From: an uncultured Pseudomonadales bacterium
GTDB lineage: Bacteria; Patescibacteriota; Microgenomatia; UBA1400; MFAQ01
Direction of reading: 5' to 3'
Assembly: GCA_964348455.1 (NCBI GenBank)
Contig: CAYGCQ010000001.1
Span: forward strand, 58,450-122,449
DNA length: 64,000 bases
In this document: positions 1-9,016 of the stretch, in pieces
Position numbering within the stretch: position 1 is the first letter of the stretch
Layout: every line of letters starts with the position of its first letter
Position numbers and translations under genes: made by a program
Notes under the pieces: model-generated
What the model was told of the DNA's origin: nothing
Database searches by the model: none
The model's input: the letters and a program-made list of their open reading frames with translations, nothing else

Positions 1-728
1 CAATTTTAGATCCACTAGTCTTTGTTAAAACCAATGTTCTTGGCACCCAAATACTTTTGGAAGCCGCCAGGAAATATAAACTTCGCTTTCATCACATCTC
101 TACAGATGAAGTTTTTGGCGCACTACCTTTAAATTCGGAACTAAAGTTCACCGAAAATACACCCTATGATCCGCGAAGCCCATACTCGGCCTCCAAAGCA
201 GGATCTGATCATCTGGTTCGAGCTTATTTCCACACCTTTGATTTACCTATTACCATTACAAACTGCAGTAATAACTTTGGACCCTTTCAAGACACGGAGA
301 AATTTATTCCTCGCATGATCACCAATTTATTAATCGGTGAAAAGGTCAAAGTTTACGGCGATGGCAAGTATGTTCGTGATTGGCTTTACGTTTTAGATCA
401 CTGTCGTGCCATAGATGACGTACTTCACAGAGGTAAGGTAGGGGAGACATACTTGGTGGGCGGCCTTACCGAAGACATTTCAAACATGGAAATGGTCAAA
501 AAAGTTTTGAAGATCATGGGTAAAGGTGAAGATAGTATAGAGTATGTCAAAGATCGTCCTGGTCACGACCGACGATATGCTGTGGACTGGTCCAAAATGA
601 ATAAAGAGTTGGGCTGGGAACCAAGTAAGGACTTTGACTCTTGCCTGAAGTCCACTATTGAGTGGTATACTAGCAACCCTTCTTGGTGGAAACCAAACAA
701 GCAAAAGTCCGAATCGATATACAAATAA
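1..728 (+). CDS. rfbB: dTDP-glucose 4,6-dehydratase, C-terminal ~240 aa (5' end lies upstream of window)
   Basis: Translation contains the [15 protein letters not shown] catalytic YxxxK, NCSNNFGP and [13 protein letters not shown] motifs typical of RmlB-type short-chain dehydratases. The ORF is open to the window edge. Confidence 0.85.
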   Translation, partial: ILDPLVFVKTNVLGTQILLEAARKYKLRFHHISTDEVFGALPLNSELKFTENTPYDPRSPYSASKAGSDHLVRAYFHTFDLPITITNCSNNFGPFQDTEKFIPRMITNLLIGEKVKVYGDGKYVRDWLYVLDHCRAIDDVLHRGKVGETYLVGGLTEDISNMEMVKKVLKIMGKGEDSIEYVKDRPGHDRRYAVDWSKMNKELGWEPSKDFDSCLKSTIEWYTSNPSWWKPNKQKSESIYK

Positions 729-741
729 ATTAAAAAATAAA

Positions 742-1305
742 ATGGGCCTGATAAAAATAAAACATAAATCTATCGCCCTGCCCAAAAACACAAAACTCTA
801 TCGTCAAACTTACGGAAAAGTTGAAGGAATCCAAGGTGTTTATGTTTTAAAGACAAGCGTCTTTGCTGATGATTATGGCGGTTGGTTCAAAGAGGCAATG
901 CGTCTGGATGCAAGTGGTAATGTAGTAGCTCTCAAAGAATTAGGTGTCAATTTCCATCCTATTCAAGTCAATACCTCATTCTTAGCTCCAAAAACCAAAA
1001 GATTCTGGCACATTCATCCAAAGCAGAATGAAATCTGGACCACGAGCGGCACCATTCTCATGGGATTAATTGATTACCGACCGGAGTCAATTTCCTATCG
1101 AACAAAGATGAAAGTGATTCTCTCCTCCGATAAGCAAATATATATTCCCGCCGGAGTGGCCCATGGCTTTATAAATCCAAATCTAAAATCCGTAACCTTA
1201 AATTACTTTACAGATCACTATTTTGTAGCCAACAAATTCACCCAGGAATGTCGTATAGATCCAAAAATTATTTCTTATGACTTCGTTCTGCCGGAAAAAA
1301 TGTAA
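742..1305 (+). CDS. rfbC: dTDP-4-dehydrorhamnose 3,5-epimerase-like cupin (RmlC family)
   Basis: ~187 aa cupin with GVYVLKTSVFADDYGGWFKEAMR and AHGFINP motifs resembling RmlC. It follows rfbB directly. Start chosen at the ATG at 742 in the ORF frame. Confidence 0.6.
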   Translation: MGLIKIKHKSIALPKNTKLYRQTYGKVEGIQGVYVLKTSVFADDYGGWFKEAMRLDASGNVVALKELGVNFHPIQVNTSFLAPKTKRFWHIHPKQNEIWTTSGTILMGLIDYRPESISYRTKMKVILSSDKQIYIPAGVAHGFINPNLKSVTLNYFTDHYFVANKFTQECRIDPKIISYDFVLPEKM

Positions 1306-1312
1306 CACATCC

Positions 1313-1386
1313 GTCATTGCGAGGAGTGAAGCGACGCGGCAATCTATAATATCAATTGTCATTCCCGACCTGATCGGGAATCTATA
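1313..1386 (+). repeat. two adjacent hairpin repeats (type C 1313-1348; canonical 29-mer 1358-1386) between rfbC and the rmlD-like gene
   Basis: gtcattgcgaggagtgaagcgacgcggcaatctata, then gtcattcccgacctgatcgggaatctata, 15 nt before ATG 1401. Confidence 0.9.
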
Positions 1387-1400
1387 AAAATAAATTCAAT

Positions 1401-2321
1401 ATGTCCAAAGAAAAAATACTCATCACCGGTGCCAGTGGTTTAGTTGGCTCTCGTTTTGTGGAAAAGTACGTCGACAATTTTCAATTAATAACTCCTGAAT
1501 ACCCAGACTTCGACTTAACAAGGTTGGAGGATGTTCGAAAAATAATTGAAAAAGAAAATCCCGACTGGATCATAAACTTCGCAGCTTTTACAGACGTAAA
1601 TTCTGCTGAGGCACAGTTTGGTGATGAGTCAGGTTCGGCATGGAAAATAAATGTTGAAGGTACAGAAAATTTACAAAAAACATTTTTATCCAAGAATTTT
1701 ATTCAAATTTCTACCGATATGGTTTTCCCTGGTGACCTTAGTCAGCCAGGTCCATATTCCGAGACCGATATTCCTCCAGATTCAAGCGACAAACTCACTT
1801 GGTATGGCTGGACAAAAAACCGGGCAGAAAAACTAGTTCTTTCTCAGGGTGGCACAGTGCTTAGAATTATTTATCCGGTTAGAGAAAAATTTAATTTAAA
1901 GCTAGATTACATCAGAGGTGCTCTAAAAAAATTCGCGGAAGGAAAGATGTATCCTCTCTTTGATGATCAACAGATTTGTATTTCATACATCGATGAAGTC
2001 GCCGACACTTTATCCAAAATTATCGAGACTGATTCTCATGGTGTTTTTCATTGTTCTTCCGACACTACTACTCCCTACGAATTAATTTCCTATGTCGTTG
2101 ATCAGCTGGGCGAAGACGCCTCTCTTGTTAAGTCAGCTTCTATTAACGAATTTCTAAAGTCACAAGCAAACCCAAATCGTTACCCGGTTTGGGGAGGGTT
2201 AAGAACCGTCATCACCGAAGAGGCTTTGGAAATGCATTTCTCAACCTGGCAAACAGTAGTTGAGTATCTCATCGGTCAAGGTCTAAGTTTGCCGAAAGTT
2301 GAGAGTAGTGGTCAAAATTAA
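1401..2321 (+). CDS. rfbD: NAD(P)-dependent sugar reductase/epimerase, dTDP-4-dehydrorhamnose reductase-like (RmlD family)
   Basis: N-terminal Rossmann motif ILITGASGLVGS, ~300 aa, third gene of an rml-like cluster. The start codon lies 15 nt downstream of a hairpin repeat. Confidence 0.6.
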   Translation: MSKEKILITGASGLVGSRFVEKYVDNFQLITPEYPDFDLTRLEDVRKIIEKENPDWIINFAAFTDVNSAEAQFGDESGSAWKINVEGTENLQKTFLSKNFIQISTDMVFPGDLSQPGPYSETDIPPDSSDKLTWYGWTKNRAEKLVLSQGGTVLRIIYPVREKFNLKLDYIRGALKKFAEGKMYPLFDDQQICISYIDEVADTLSKIIETDSHGVFHCSSDTTTPYELISYVVDQLGEDASLVKSASINEFLKSQANPNRYPVWGGLRTVITEEALEMHFSTWQTVVEYLIGQGLSLPKVESSGQN

Positions 2322-2340
2322 TCGTATATACTATTTACAG

Positions 2341-3222
2341 ATGACTTCACCAATTGCCATATCTGGGAAAGCGGGTCGATGGTCCCCGAAGGGGGAGATC
2401 CACACCCATATAACTACTCCATCTGTCATTCCCGACTTGATCGGGAATCTATTTAAATTAACTCTACTTTCTCTATTTATTATTCTTGCCGGAATTTTCT
2501 CCCCCTTTGTTTTCGCGGATGCCAAATCAGACTATGATTACCAGTATGGTCAATACCGCACTAGCTACGCCGAGTTCTCTCTTTTAAAACAGGATTATCT
2601 AAACACTCCTAGTTTGGACAATCAACAGAAAGTTATGATTTCAGCCAAACAAACCATTCTTAGTAGAGACTTGGCCAAAGCCTCCCTTGACTGGTATTTG
2701 CTTGATCTAATCAACCATTACCGTGTCGATTACGAGCCAATCAAACCAATCATTGCTGCTTTAAATACATCTAGGCAATATTTTTTAAATGAATCATTTA
2801 AGTCCCAGGGAATAGTGACAGAAACTGATTTAAAAAAATTCACCGAGAGTTATCTCGAAACTGTTCCGCTGCACGATGCCATGATGAAGTTTGGGATTCT
2901 GGCAAACAAGATTGCTGAGCTGGTAAGAATTCAAATAGACTCACAAACTGCTTTAGAAACAATTATTCCGAAGCTTCCTTCACCTATGCCTCAGAACTTA
3001 ACAGATAGAGTCCAGGAGTTACGCGACAAAACCAAGTTTATTGATTCCAAAATAGATATTTTTGCCAATAACCTTCCCATAGCTGATGCTGTTGTCGAGT
3101 CAGCCAACGATATTTTCTTTACATCTCGAGTCGAGCTTTTAGCCGAGATTCGCCTTCTCCAACTAGACTGGATTAATCGCCTTATAGATCTAGATATAAA
3201 CTATGTCCAACCCCAAATTTGA
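2341..3222 (+). CDS. hypothetical secreted/membrane-anchored protein; N-terminal region is built from two repeat copies
   Basis: ORF has a hydrophobic segment LTLLSLFIILAGIFSPFVFA after a repeat-derived stretch (GRWSPKGEIH...VIPDLIGNLFK). True start uncertain. Confidence 0.4.
   Translation: MTSPIAISGKAGRWSPKGEIHTHITTPSVIPDLIGNLFKLTLLSLFIILAGIFSPFVFADAKSDYDYQYGQYRTSYAEFSLLKQDYLNTPSLDNQQKVMISAKQTILSRDLAKASLDWYLLDLINHYRVDYEPIKPIIAALNTSRQYFLNESFKSQGIVTETDLKKFTESYLETVPLHDAMMKFGILANKIAELVRIQIDSQTALETIIPKLPSPMPQNLTDRVQELRDKTKFIDSKIDIFANNLPIADAVVESANDIFFTSRVELLAEIRLLQLDWINRLIDLDINYVQPQI
2356..2452 (+). repeat. long GGTCCCCGAAGGGGGA-containing unit (about 2356-2405) plus canonical variant 2425-2452 (loop cttga)
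   Basis: Both lie just after rmlD-like stop, overlapping the N-terminus of ORF 2341. Confidence 0.85.
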
Positions 3223-3568
3223 AATAACTAATCCTGAGGCTATCAAACTTATTGATAATATTAAGAGTGGAGTTTTTTTCACTCCTGTTAAAGTTTGGGC
3301 TATCAAATACAAATGGTTCCTGGTAACCGGAGCTGTTATTATCGTACTTTTGATTGCTCTTGCTATTGGTAAAGCAATCTCTGCTAGCCGCCAGGCACCG
3401 GTGTTTCTTCCTCCCGATATCGGTACCCCTGTTCCTACCACCACTACGACAGTTAAGTCTGACTATCAATGGATACGACAAAATATTCTGAATTACAGTA
3501 CAGACCTTCCGGACCCTGTTCTTCCAGTTTTGGATAATACAATAAATCTCGAAAGTGCTAATATATAA
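3203..3568 (+). CDS. hypothetical single-pass membrane protein with Pro/Thr-rich linker
   Basis: 121-aa ORF with one TM helix (WFLVTGAVIIVLLIALAIG) and a PVPTTTTT linker. Confidence 0.45.
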   Translation: MSNPKFEITNPEAIKLIDNIKSGVFFTPVKVWAIKYKWFLVTGAVIIVLLIALAIGKAISASRQAPVFLPPDIGTPVPTTTTTVKSDYQWIRQNILNYSTDLPDPVLPVLDNTINLESANI

Positions 3569-3571
3569 CTT

Positions 3572-4306
3572 ATGGCTAAAACACCTACCAAAAAAACAAT
3601 TAACAAAGTAAAACCAACCATGGCAGAAAAAAAGACAAAGTCAAAAAAATCCGTGAAGTCCATTAAAAATTTGAGAACTCCGGTCGAAGAAACATTTCCT
3701 GAAATGACAGAAATGAAGAAGTCACCCTTTAGTTTTATTGTCAAACTAGTTCTCATTGTTGCGCTTGGTTCCGCACTATATCTTTTGGCACAGAAATACA
3801 GGGGTCTAATTCTAGCTGGTACGGTTGATTCTTCGCCTATCAGTAGGTCAGAATTAAATAAAAAGATGGTTGAGAAGTACGGTGCTCAAACATTAGATGA
3901 AATCATTAATGAAAGAATACTGGAAGGTCAATTGAAGAAAAACAACATAAGTATTTCTGACCAGGAAGTCAACGACGAAATGGCTAAAGTTATCAAAGAC
4001 TACGGTGGTGAGGAGGCCTTTAAGTCAGCCCTATCTCAGTACGGGTTAACAGAAGACAAAGCCAAAGACTCCATCAAACAAAGTCTTGGGCTAAAGAAGT
4101 TGGTTGAAATGAACTACAAGGTTGAGATAACCGCTGATCAAATCAAAAAGTATTTTGACGACAACAAAACTCAATTTACTGACAAGAAATTGGAAGAAGT
4201 TTCAGACAGTATCAAAGACACCTTGTATCAGCAAGAGATATATGCCAAGACACAAGAGTGGTTTACCGGAGTCCGAAAAGCCGCAAAGGTCGTCACCTTT
4301 ATCTAA
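3572..4306 (+). CDS. membrane-anchored SurA-N-terminal-domain-like chaperone
   Basis: Lys-rich N-terminus, one TM helix, then a region (SRSELNKKMVEKYGAQTLDEIINERILEGQ...KSALSQYGLTEDKAKDSIKQSL) resembling SurA_N/PpiD-type domains. Confidence 0.5.
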   Translation: MAKTPTKKTINKVKPTMAEKKTKSKKSVKSIKNLRTPVEETFPEMTEMKKSPFSFIVKLVLIVALGSALYLLAQKYRGLILAGTVDSSPISRSELNKKMVEKYGAQTLDEIINERILEGQLKKNNISISDQEVNDEMAKVIKDYGGEEAFKSALSQYGLTEDKAKDSIKQSLGLKKLVEMNYKVEITADQIKKYFDDNKTQFTDKKLEEVSDSIKDTLYQQEIYAKTQEWFTGVRKAAKVVTFI

Positions 4307-4312
4307 AGAACT

Positions 4313-5116
4313 GTGAAAAAAACTGCCCAAGAAAAACAAGCAAAGAAAGCAAAATTCGAGTTCGTCCCTAAGCGCTGGATTGTTCCGGCGCTTACGGCTG
4401 TTATGGTGTTGATTCTTATTATCAATGCCATTGTTTTTAACAGTAGATCGACTAACAATGTTGACCCGGAGCAGTCAGCATCACCATCTGCCATTATAAA
4501 CGCCGATAATATTTCTCTCCCGAACCCTGACTTTAAAAGCAGTAGCTCTATCGAAAGCGTCTTACGGTCCAGACGGACCAGAAGAGCCTTCCAGGACACT
4601 CAGTTATCGTTGAAGCAGGTTTCTCAGATGCTTTGGGCTGCCCAGGGGATCACCGTCGACTGGGGTGGTCGGACAGCGCCATCAGCCAAGTCTACTTACC
4701 CTTTATCCATATTTTTAATAGCGAACGATGTTGCCGGTCTTGAACCGGGTGAGTACCAATACATTTCGGGTGACAGAACTCCCGTCCATCAGCTTAAACC
4801 ACTTAAACAGGTAGAGTTGCAAAAATCTATTTTTGAAGCTTTAAATGAATCATCTTTTCAGCACGCTCCTGCGGTATTGATTATTACCGGAAGTATGGGG
4901 AAGATGGCAGAAGCCTATGGAGGCATTCCTCACGACAAAGAAGTCTACTTGGAAGCCGGACACGCCGCTCAAAATCTATACCTTCAGGCCGAAAGTCTGA
5001 AGCTTGGCATGGTAACCATCACAGGTTTTGACGCAGATAAAATTCTTGGGTTGGTGACAATTCCGGATACCGATACTATAATCTACCTAATTCCTTTCGG
5101 AATCCCAAAACTATAA
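4313..5116 (+). CDS. SagB-type dehydrogenase / nitroreductase-family protein with N-terminal TM anchor
   Basis: Motifs RRTRRAF, MLWAAQGIT, PSAKSTYPL, LEPGEYQY and AGHAAQNLYLQAESLKLGMVTITGF match nitroreductase/SagB-like folds. Confidence 0.6.
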   Translation: MKKTAQEKQAKKAKFEFVPKRWIVPALTAVMVLILIINAIVFNSRSTNNVDPEQSASPSAIINADNISLPNPDFKSSSSIESVLRSRRTRRAFQDTQLSLKQVSQMLWAAQGITVDWGGRTAPSAKSTYPLSIFLIANDVAGLEPGEYQYISGDRTPVHQLKPLKQVELQKSIFEALNESSFQHAPAVLIITGSMGKMAEAYGGIPHDKEVYLEAGHAAQNLYLQAESLKLGMVTITGFDADKILGLVTIPDTDTIIYLIPFGIPKL

Positions 5117-5126
5117 ATTTCATTTT

Positions 5127-5387
5127 ATGACAGAAAAATGGACACCAGATGTTAATGAGCGTATTCGTCGTGAGACATATATTGCTGATCTGAAAGCAGG
5201 AGATCCAGAAAAGTACGAATCATTGCTGGCAGAATGCGATACGTTTAAGAAGTTCGAGACTGAGCAACAAATTCAAGCCGCAAAAACTATGATTGAGGAT
5301 GCGGTAGCGCTTGACGCTGAAGAAGCATACGAGATTATGTTATCAAGAAGGACAGAACCAACAAACGATCAATATCAAAACTTCTAA
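5127..5387 (+). CDS. hypothetical small acidic protein
   Basis: 86-aa ORF with no recognisable motif. Codon usage resembles neighbouring genes. Confidence 0.4.
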   Translation: MTEKWTPDVNERIRRETYIADLKAGDPEKYESLLAECDTFKKFETEQQIQAAKTMIEDAVALDAEEAYEIMLSRRTEPTNDQYQNF

Positions 5388-5410
5388 GTTAATAAATATT
5401 TATAATAAAT

Positions 5411-5596
5411 ATGGCCGAAAAAGAACACCAATCTTCAATGTTTAATATAGATCCGGGAGGTAATGAAACAGTAAGGCCTAAAGGAATATTGAAAAAATTT
5501 AAAAAAGAAAAGAAAATTAAGCCGGCAAAAGAAAAGAAGCAAAAACCCGATCCGTCAGATCGGTGGAGTTGGACAAATCAGGGTGACGAAAAATAG
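5411..5596 (+). CDS. hypothetical small Lys-rich protein
   Basis: 61-aa ORF, low complexity. Could be non-coding. Confidence 0.25.
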   Translation: MAEKEHQSSMFNIDPGGNETVRPKGILKKFKKEKKIKPAKEKKQKPDPSDRWSWTNQGDEK

Positions 5597-5649
5597 CTAT
5601 TTTATCTTTCCCTACTATCTTTTCTTCCCCACACCACCACCACCACATT

Positions 5650-5944
5650 GTCATTCCGGGTCGTAGAGTCGCCTTGGGAGACCTTGACCCGGAATCCAGC
5701 CCCACACCACCCACTCATTAATTTGTCATCCCCGCGAAGATGGACCACTGGCACCCGAGGGGATAGATCCACAATCACTCACCACCTCACCAGTCATTGC
5801 GAGTTTCGGTACCCGATCCCAGAGTCGCCTCAGGAGACACCGAAGCAACCTCACACCACCTCACCACACCGTCTCACCACCCACTCATTAATTTGTCATC
5901 CTCTTCGCACTCCTTGTCATTCCCGACCTGATCGGGAATCTATA
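5650..5944 (+). repeat. intergenic array of 5 heterogeneous hairpin-repeat units separated by CA-rich (caccac) spacers
   Basis: Units: GTCATTCCGGGtcgtagagtcgccttgggagaccttgACCCGGAATCC (5650-5697); GTCATCCCCGCGAAGatggaccactggcacccgaggggatagatcca (5725-5771); GTCATTGCGAGTTTCGGT...ACCGAAGCAACCTCAC (5793-5854); a degenerate unit; then the canonical 29-mer (5916-5944). Confidence 0.9.
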
Positions 5945-6345
5945 TAGATAAAGTACAATTTAATTGTGAAGAGATATTATGTGTATATTCTCGCAAGTTA
6001 TAAAAATGGTACGCTGTATATAGGTGTAACAGGAAATTTAGAAAATAGAATATCTATCCATAAAAACGATATTGTGAAGGGGTTTACAAAGAAATTTGCA
6101 GTACACAGTCTGGTTCATCTGGAGGAATTCGAGAATTCATTACAAGCTATAGCAAGAGAAAAACAACTAAAGCATTGGAAGAGAGATTGGAAAATTGAAC
6201 TCATTGAAAAATCAAATCCAGATTGGAATGATATATCTGATGAATTTCTCTAAAAAAAGTTGAACCCGTTTTTATAGATTCCCGATCAGGTCGGGAATGA
6301 CGATTGAAATATTCCACATATTTTTACTCCGTGATTCGCAATGAC
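5916..6345 (+). mobile_element. ~430 bp micro-element: GIY-YIG nuclease gene flanked by perfect 29-bp terminal inverted repeats (copy 1)
   Basis: Left end gtcattcccgacctgatcgggaatctata (5916-5944) is the exact reverse complement of tatagattcccgatcaggtcgggaatgac (6273-6301). A second partial inverted unit gtgattcgcaatgac lies at 6331-6345. The whole unit is duplicated identically at 9253-9682. Confidence 0.7.
5966..6253 (+). CDS. GIY-YIG nuclease superfamily protein (UPF0213/YhbQ-like), 95 aa
   Basis: YVYILASYKNGTLYIGVTGNLENRISIHKND matches the GIY-(x10)-YIG core with the conserved R and H/N that follow. Identical to the ORF at 9303-9590. Confidence 0.8.
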   Translation: MKRYYVYILASYKNGTLYIGVTGNLENRISIHKNDIVKGFTKKFAVHSLVHLEEFENSLQAIAREKQLKHWKRDWKIELIEKSNPDWNDISDEFL

Positions 6346-6350
6346 AACAA

Positions 6351-6980
6351 TTACTTCCTTTTCCTCCACTTCTCAATTTCCTTATGATTTCCGGAGAGCA
6401 GTACATCCGGCACCTTCCAGCCATTGTACTCAGCCGGTCTGGTGTACTGCGGGTACTCCACGGCCATATCTTCGCTGTAAGACTCTTCTTTAAGAGATTC
6501 CGGATTCCCCAGAACCCCGGGCATTAGTCGACAAATACTGTCCACAGCCACCATTACCGGAAGCTCACCACCGCTTAGGACGTAGGGGCCGATACTATAT
6601 ATCTCATCTGCCAAATGTTCGTGGACGCGGTGATCAATACCCTCAAAGTGCGGGGCAATAAAGATCAAATGCTCTTCTGTTTTCAGTTTTTCGGCACTTT
6701 TCTGGTCATACATTTTTCCCTTTGTATCCATCAAAATTACTTTAGTATTTTCAGTCTTGAGTTCTTTGATGGCTCGATCCACCACATCTATTTTCATCAC
6801 CATGCCGGCACCTCCACCAAAAGGGTGACCATCCACACTTTTGTAGTTATCATCACTCCAGTCCCGTAAATTTCGGACATTGATTTGTACAGCCTCGGTT
6901 CCCACAGCCCGGCCAATCATGGAAGTCTTAAAAACACCTTCGAACATCTCTGGGAATATCGTCAAAATATCAATCTTCAT
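6351..6980 (-). CDS. trmD: tRNA (guanine37-N1)-methyltransferase
   Basis: MKIDILTIFPEMF...HPFGGGAGMVMKIDVVDRAI...IYSIGPYVLSGGELPVMVAVDSICRLMPGVLGNPESL is a full-length TrmD with SPOUT knot motifs. Confidence 0.9.
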   Translation of the reverse strand: MKIDILTIFPEMFEGVFKTSMIGRAVGTEAVQINVRNLRDWSDDNYKSVDGHPFGGGAGMVMKIDVVDRAIKELKTENTKVILMDTKGKMYDQKSAEKLKTEEHLIFIAPHFEGIDHRVHEHLADEIYSIGPYVLSGGELPVMVAVDSICRLMPGVLGNPESLKEESYSEDMAVEYPQYTRPAEYNGWKVPDVLLSGNHKEIEKWRKRK

Positions 6981-6994
6981 TATGATAAATTTGG

Positions 6995-7501
6995 CTAAAG
7001 ATCTATTATCGTGGGTGCGTAACCCTTAGTGAAAAAGATATGAGTCTTTTGATCAGTGCCATTATCCACTTTAACCGTGCAAGTTTCATCGCTTGTTTCC
7101 AGACTTGTAACCTGATATTCCTGATTAGCCTTGATTATATCCGGTTTACCATTGTAAGAGATTCTACCATTTTTAAGGATGGTCAGAATATTGATATTGC
7201 CTGTATCTGGATCTGTATTAGTATAATACTCTTTAGTCTCTGCATCTGGATTTAACTCTCTTTTCCAGCCATCTCTAGGAATATGGCCGAGTACATACCC
7301 CATGGGAAATGCGAATTCGCTCCCATCCATACCAGGATAACCATTGTATCTTTTTCGTATCCCATCCAATAAATTCAACACACTCTCATTATCATGAGAT
7401 GTCTCCACTTCACTTTTGCTTCTATCTGAGGAATTTGTTTCCATATACTGATAATACACCTTCCATTCAATTAGGAGAATATGGCTATATAATATCCTCA
7501 T
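6995..7501 (-). CDS. hypothetical protein
   Basis: 168-aa ORF with no recognisable domain. An internal M (METNSSD) is an alternative start that would leave a short divergent intergenic spacer. Confidence 0.45.
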   Translation of the reverse strand: MRILYSHILLIEWKVYYQYMETNSSDRSKSEVETSHDNESVLNLLDGIRKRYNGYPGMDGSEFAFPMGYVLGHIPRDGWKRELNPDAETKEYYTNTDPDTGNINILTILKNGRISYNGKPDIIKANQEYQVTSLETSDETCTVKVDNGTDQKTHIFFTKGYAPTIIDL

Positions 7502-7823
7502 GCCCAGACTTGTAAAGAAAACCGCTCACGCCCCCATGAAAGTGGGAGATAAATATATTTGCATGTGTGGTCTATCCAAAGACCAGCCATTTTGCGACAA
7601 ATCGCATCTTAAGACCCTCAAGGAGGACGAAACCAAACTTTACTGGTACGAGAACGGTAAAGCCGAAGAAATCGTGACCGAACCCGGGGAGTGTGATTGT
7701 GAAGAATGCAAGGAAGAGAAAAACTGTTGTTCAGACAGGGAGTGTCAATGTGACGGATTGTCTTCTGACGAGAGTACCGGGGACTGTTCCGGAGAAAATT
7801 GCTGTGGCCGTTGCAAAAAATAA
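7500..7823 (+). CDS. CDGSH-type iron-sulfur domain protein with Cys-rich C-terminal tail
   Basis: CMCGLSKDQPFCDKSH matches the C-x-C-x2-S-x3-P-x-CDGSH signature. The tail has many Cys pairs (CDCEEC, CCSDRECQC, CCGRC). Confidence 0.6.
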   Translation: MPRLVKKTAHAPMKVGDKYICMCGLSKDQPFCDKSHLKTLKEDETKLYWYENGKAEEIVTEPGECDCEECKEEKNCCSDRECQCDGLSSDESTGDCSGENCCGRCKK

Positions 7824-7828
7824 TATTT

Positions 7829-9010
7829 ATGAAAAAACTTCCCATCGCAGTCATCGTCATCCCCACTTACAACGAAGCTGCTTCTATCGGGAAGATGATA
7901 GATCACCTCTTTACAGTTACTTTTCCAATCATCAAGAACTGGGATTGTAAAGTTTTAGTAGTTGACGACACATCTCCCGATGGCACCTACAAGGTAGTTC
8001 AAGAAAAGCAAAAGAAGTTCAAAAATTTATTTTTATCCCTTAGTGCCAAGAAGGCCGGTATTGGCGGCGCCTATGTCCGAGGATTCCGCTACGCCATGAA
8101 AGAGCTACATGCCGACGTGGTCATTGAGATGGATGGAGACTTCCAGCATCCTCCTCGACTAGTAAACAATTTACTGAAAGCCATTGACGACGGTTACGAC
8201 TACGTCATGGGTTCCAGAAAAATAAAAGGTGGCAGCAATCCGAAAGGTTGGGGGTTCAAGAGAGTTTTCTTTAGTGAAGTTGGCGGTATGGTCGCTCGCT
8301 TTGTATTATTCTTCCCCACCAAAAATTACTTCCGCATTACAGATCCTACCGGTGGTTTCAAGGCTTCACGAGTTAAAGGTTTTGTAGACACCATTGACAT
8401 GGATCATCTTTATTCCAGAAGTTTTGGGTACAAGTTGGAGTTTCTCTACAAAATGGTTCTGTTGGGAGCCAAGGTAAAAGAAATACCATTACAGTTCAAT
8501 GTTAGAAATGCCGGAGAATCCAAGATAGAGCCTCAGACAGCTAAAGAGATTTTCAAAACAGTTTTTCTGCTTCGGTGGAACGATTCAACTACTCAAAAAT
8601 TTATTAAATTTGGATGCATCGGACTTTTCGGTTTTGCCATTAACAAAATCGGCCTCGACGTCTTTGCTAAACTTCTGGGCAACGTAATCAGTGTAATAGG
8701 AGTTCGTAATACCGTCGCCAACGCCCTCGCCGCCGAGGTTTCTATTATCAGTAACTTTGTTTTTAACAATCTCTGGACCTTCAAGAATGAAAAACTTGTT
8801 TGGGGGTCCAAGTTAATCAAAAAGTTTACTACTTTCAATCTCAGTTCCGTAGTCTCCGGTATCATCATCCCTAGTTTGGTAATCGGTCTTGGCACTCAGA
8901 CTTTTGGTGATCAGTACCGCACCCTTTTCTTAGTCATTGCTGTCTTCCTCATTACTGTACCGCTAAACTGGTTCATCTACAACGTATTTATTTGGAAGAA
9001 GAATAAGTAA
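7829..9010 (+). CDS. GT2 polyprenyl-phosphate sugar synthase (DPM1-like) fused to C-terminal GtrA-like 4-TM domain
   Basis: AVIVIPTYNEAASI, VVDDTSPDGT and IEMDGDFQHPP are GT2 DxD-family motifs. The C-terminus FIKFGCIGLFGFAINKIGLD...NLWTF resembles GtrA-family domains. Start taken at MKKLPIAV. Confidence 0.75.
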   Translation: MKKLPIAVIVIPTYNEAASIGKMIDHLFTVTFPIIKNWDCKVLVVDDTSPDGTYKVVQEKQKKFKNLFLSLSAKKAGIGGAYVRGFRYAMKELHADVVIEMDGDFQHPPRLVNNLLKAIDDGYDYVMGSRKIKGGSNPKGWGFKRVFFSEVGGMVARFVLFFPTKNYFRITDPTGGFKASRVKGFVDTIDMDHLYSRSFGYKLEFLYKMVLLGAKVKEIPLQFNVRNAGESKIEPQTAKEIFKTVFLLRWNDSTTQKFIKFGCIGLFGFAINKIGLDVFAKLLGNVISVIGVRNTVANALAAEVSIISNFVFNNLWTFKNEKLVWGSKLIKKFTTFNLSSVVSGIIIPSLVIGLGTQTFGDQYRTLFLVIAVFLITVPLNWFIYNVFIWKKNK

Positions 9011-9016
9011 AAACCC

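Noticed and set aside
480-791. Numerous short antisense or overlapping ORFs from the six-frame track, e.g. 480..791(-), 1481..1693(-), 6615..6869(+), 20276..20632(-), 20752..21210(-), 27420..27785(-), 40601..40933(-), 50622..50834(-)
   Set aside because: They lie wholly inside longer, motif-supported genes on the other strand or frame. Their translations are low-complexity and several are open only across GC-rich repeats.
5648-5947. ORF-track CDS 5648..5947 (and the analogous 9021..9284, 61527..61790, 61531..61761 and 61300..61593 on the minus strand) running through repeat arrays
   Set aside because: These reading frames are open only because the GC-rich repeats lack stops. Their His/Pro/Thr-rich translations have no protein-like character, and they coincide exactly with the intergenic repeat arrays.
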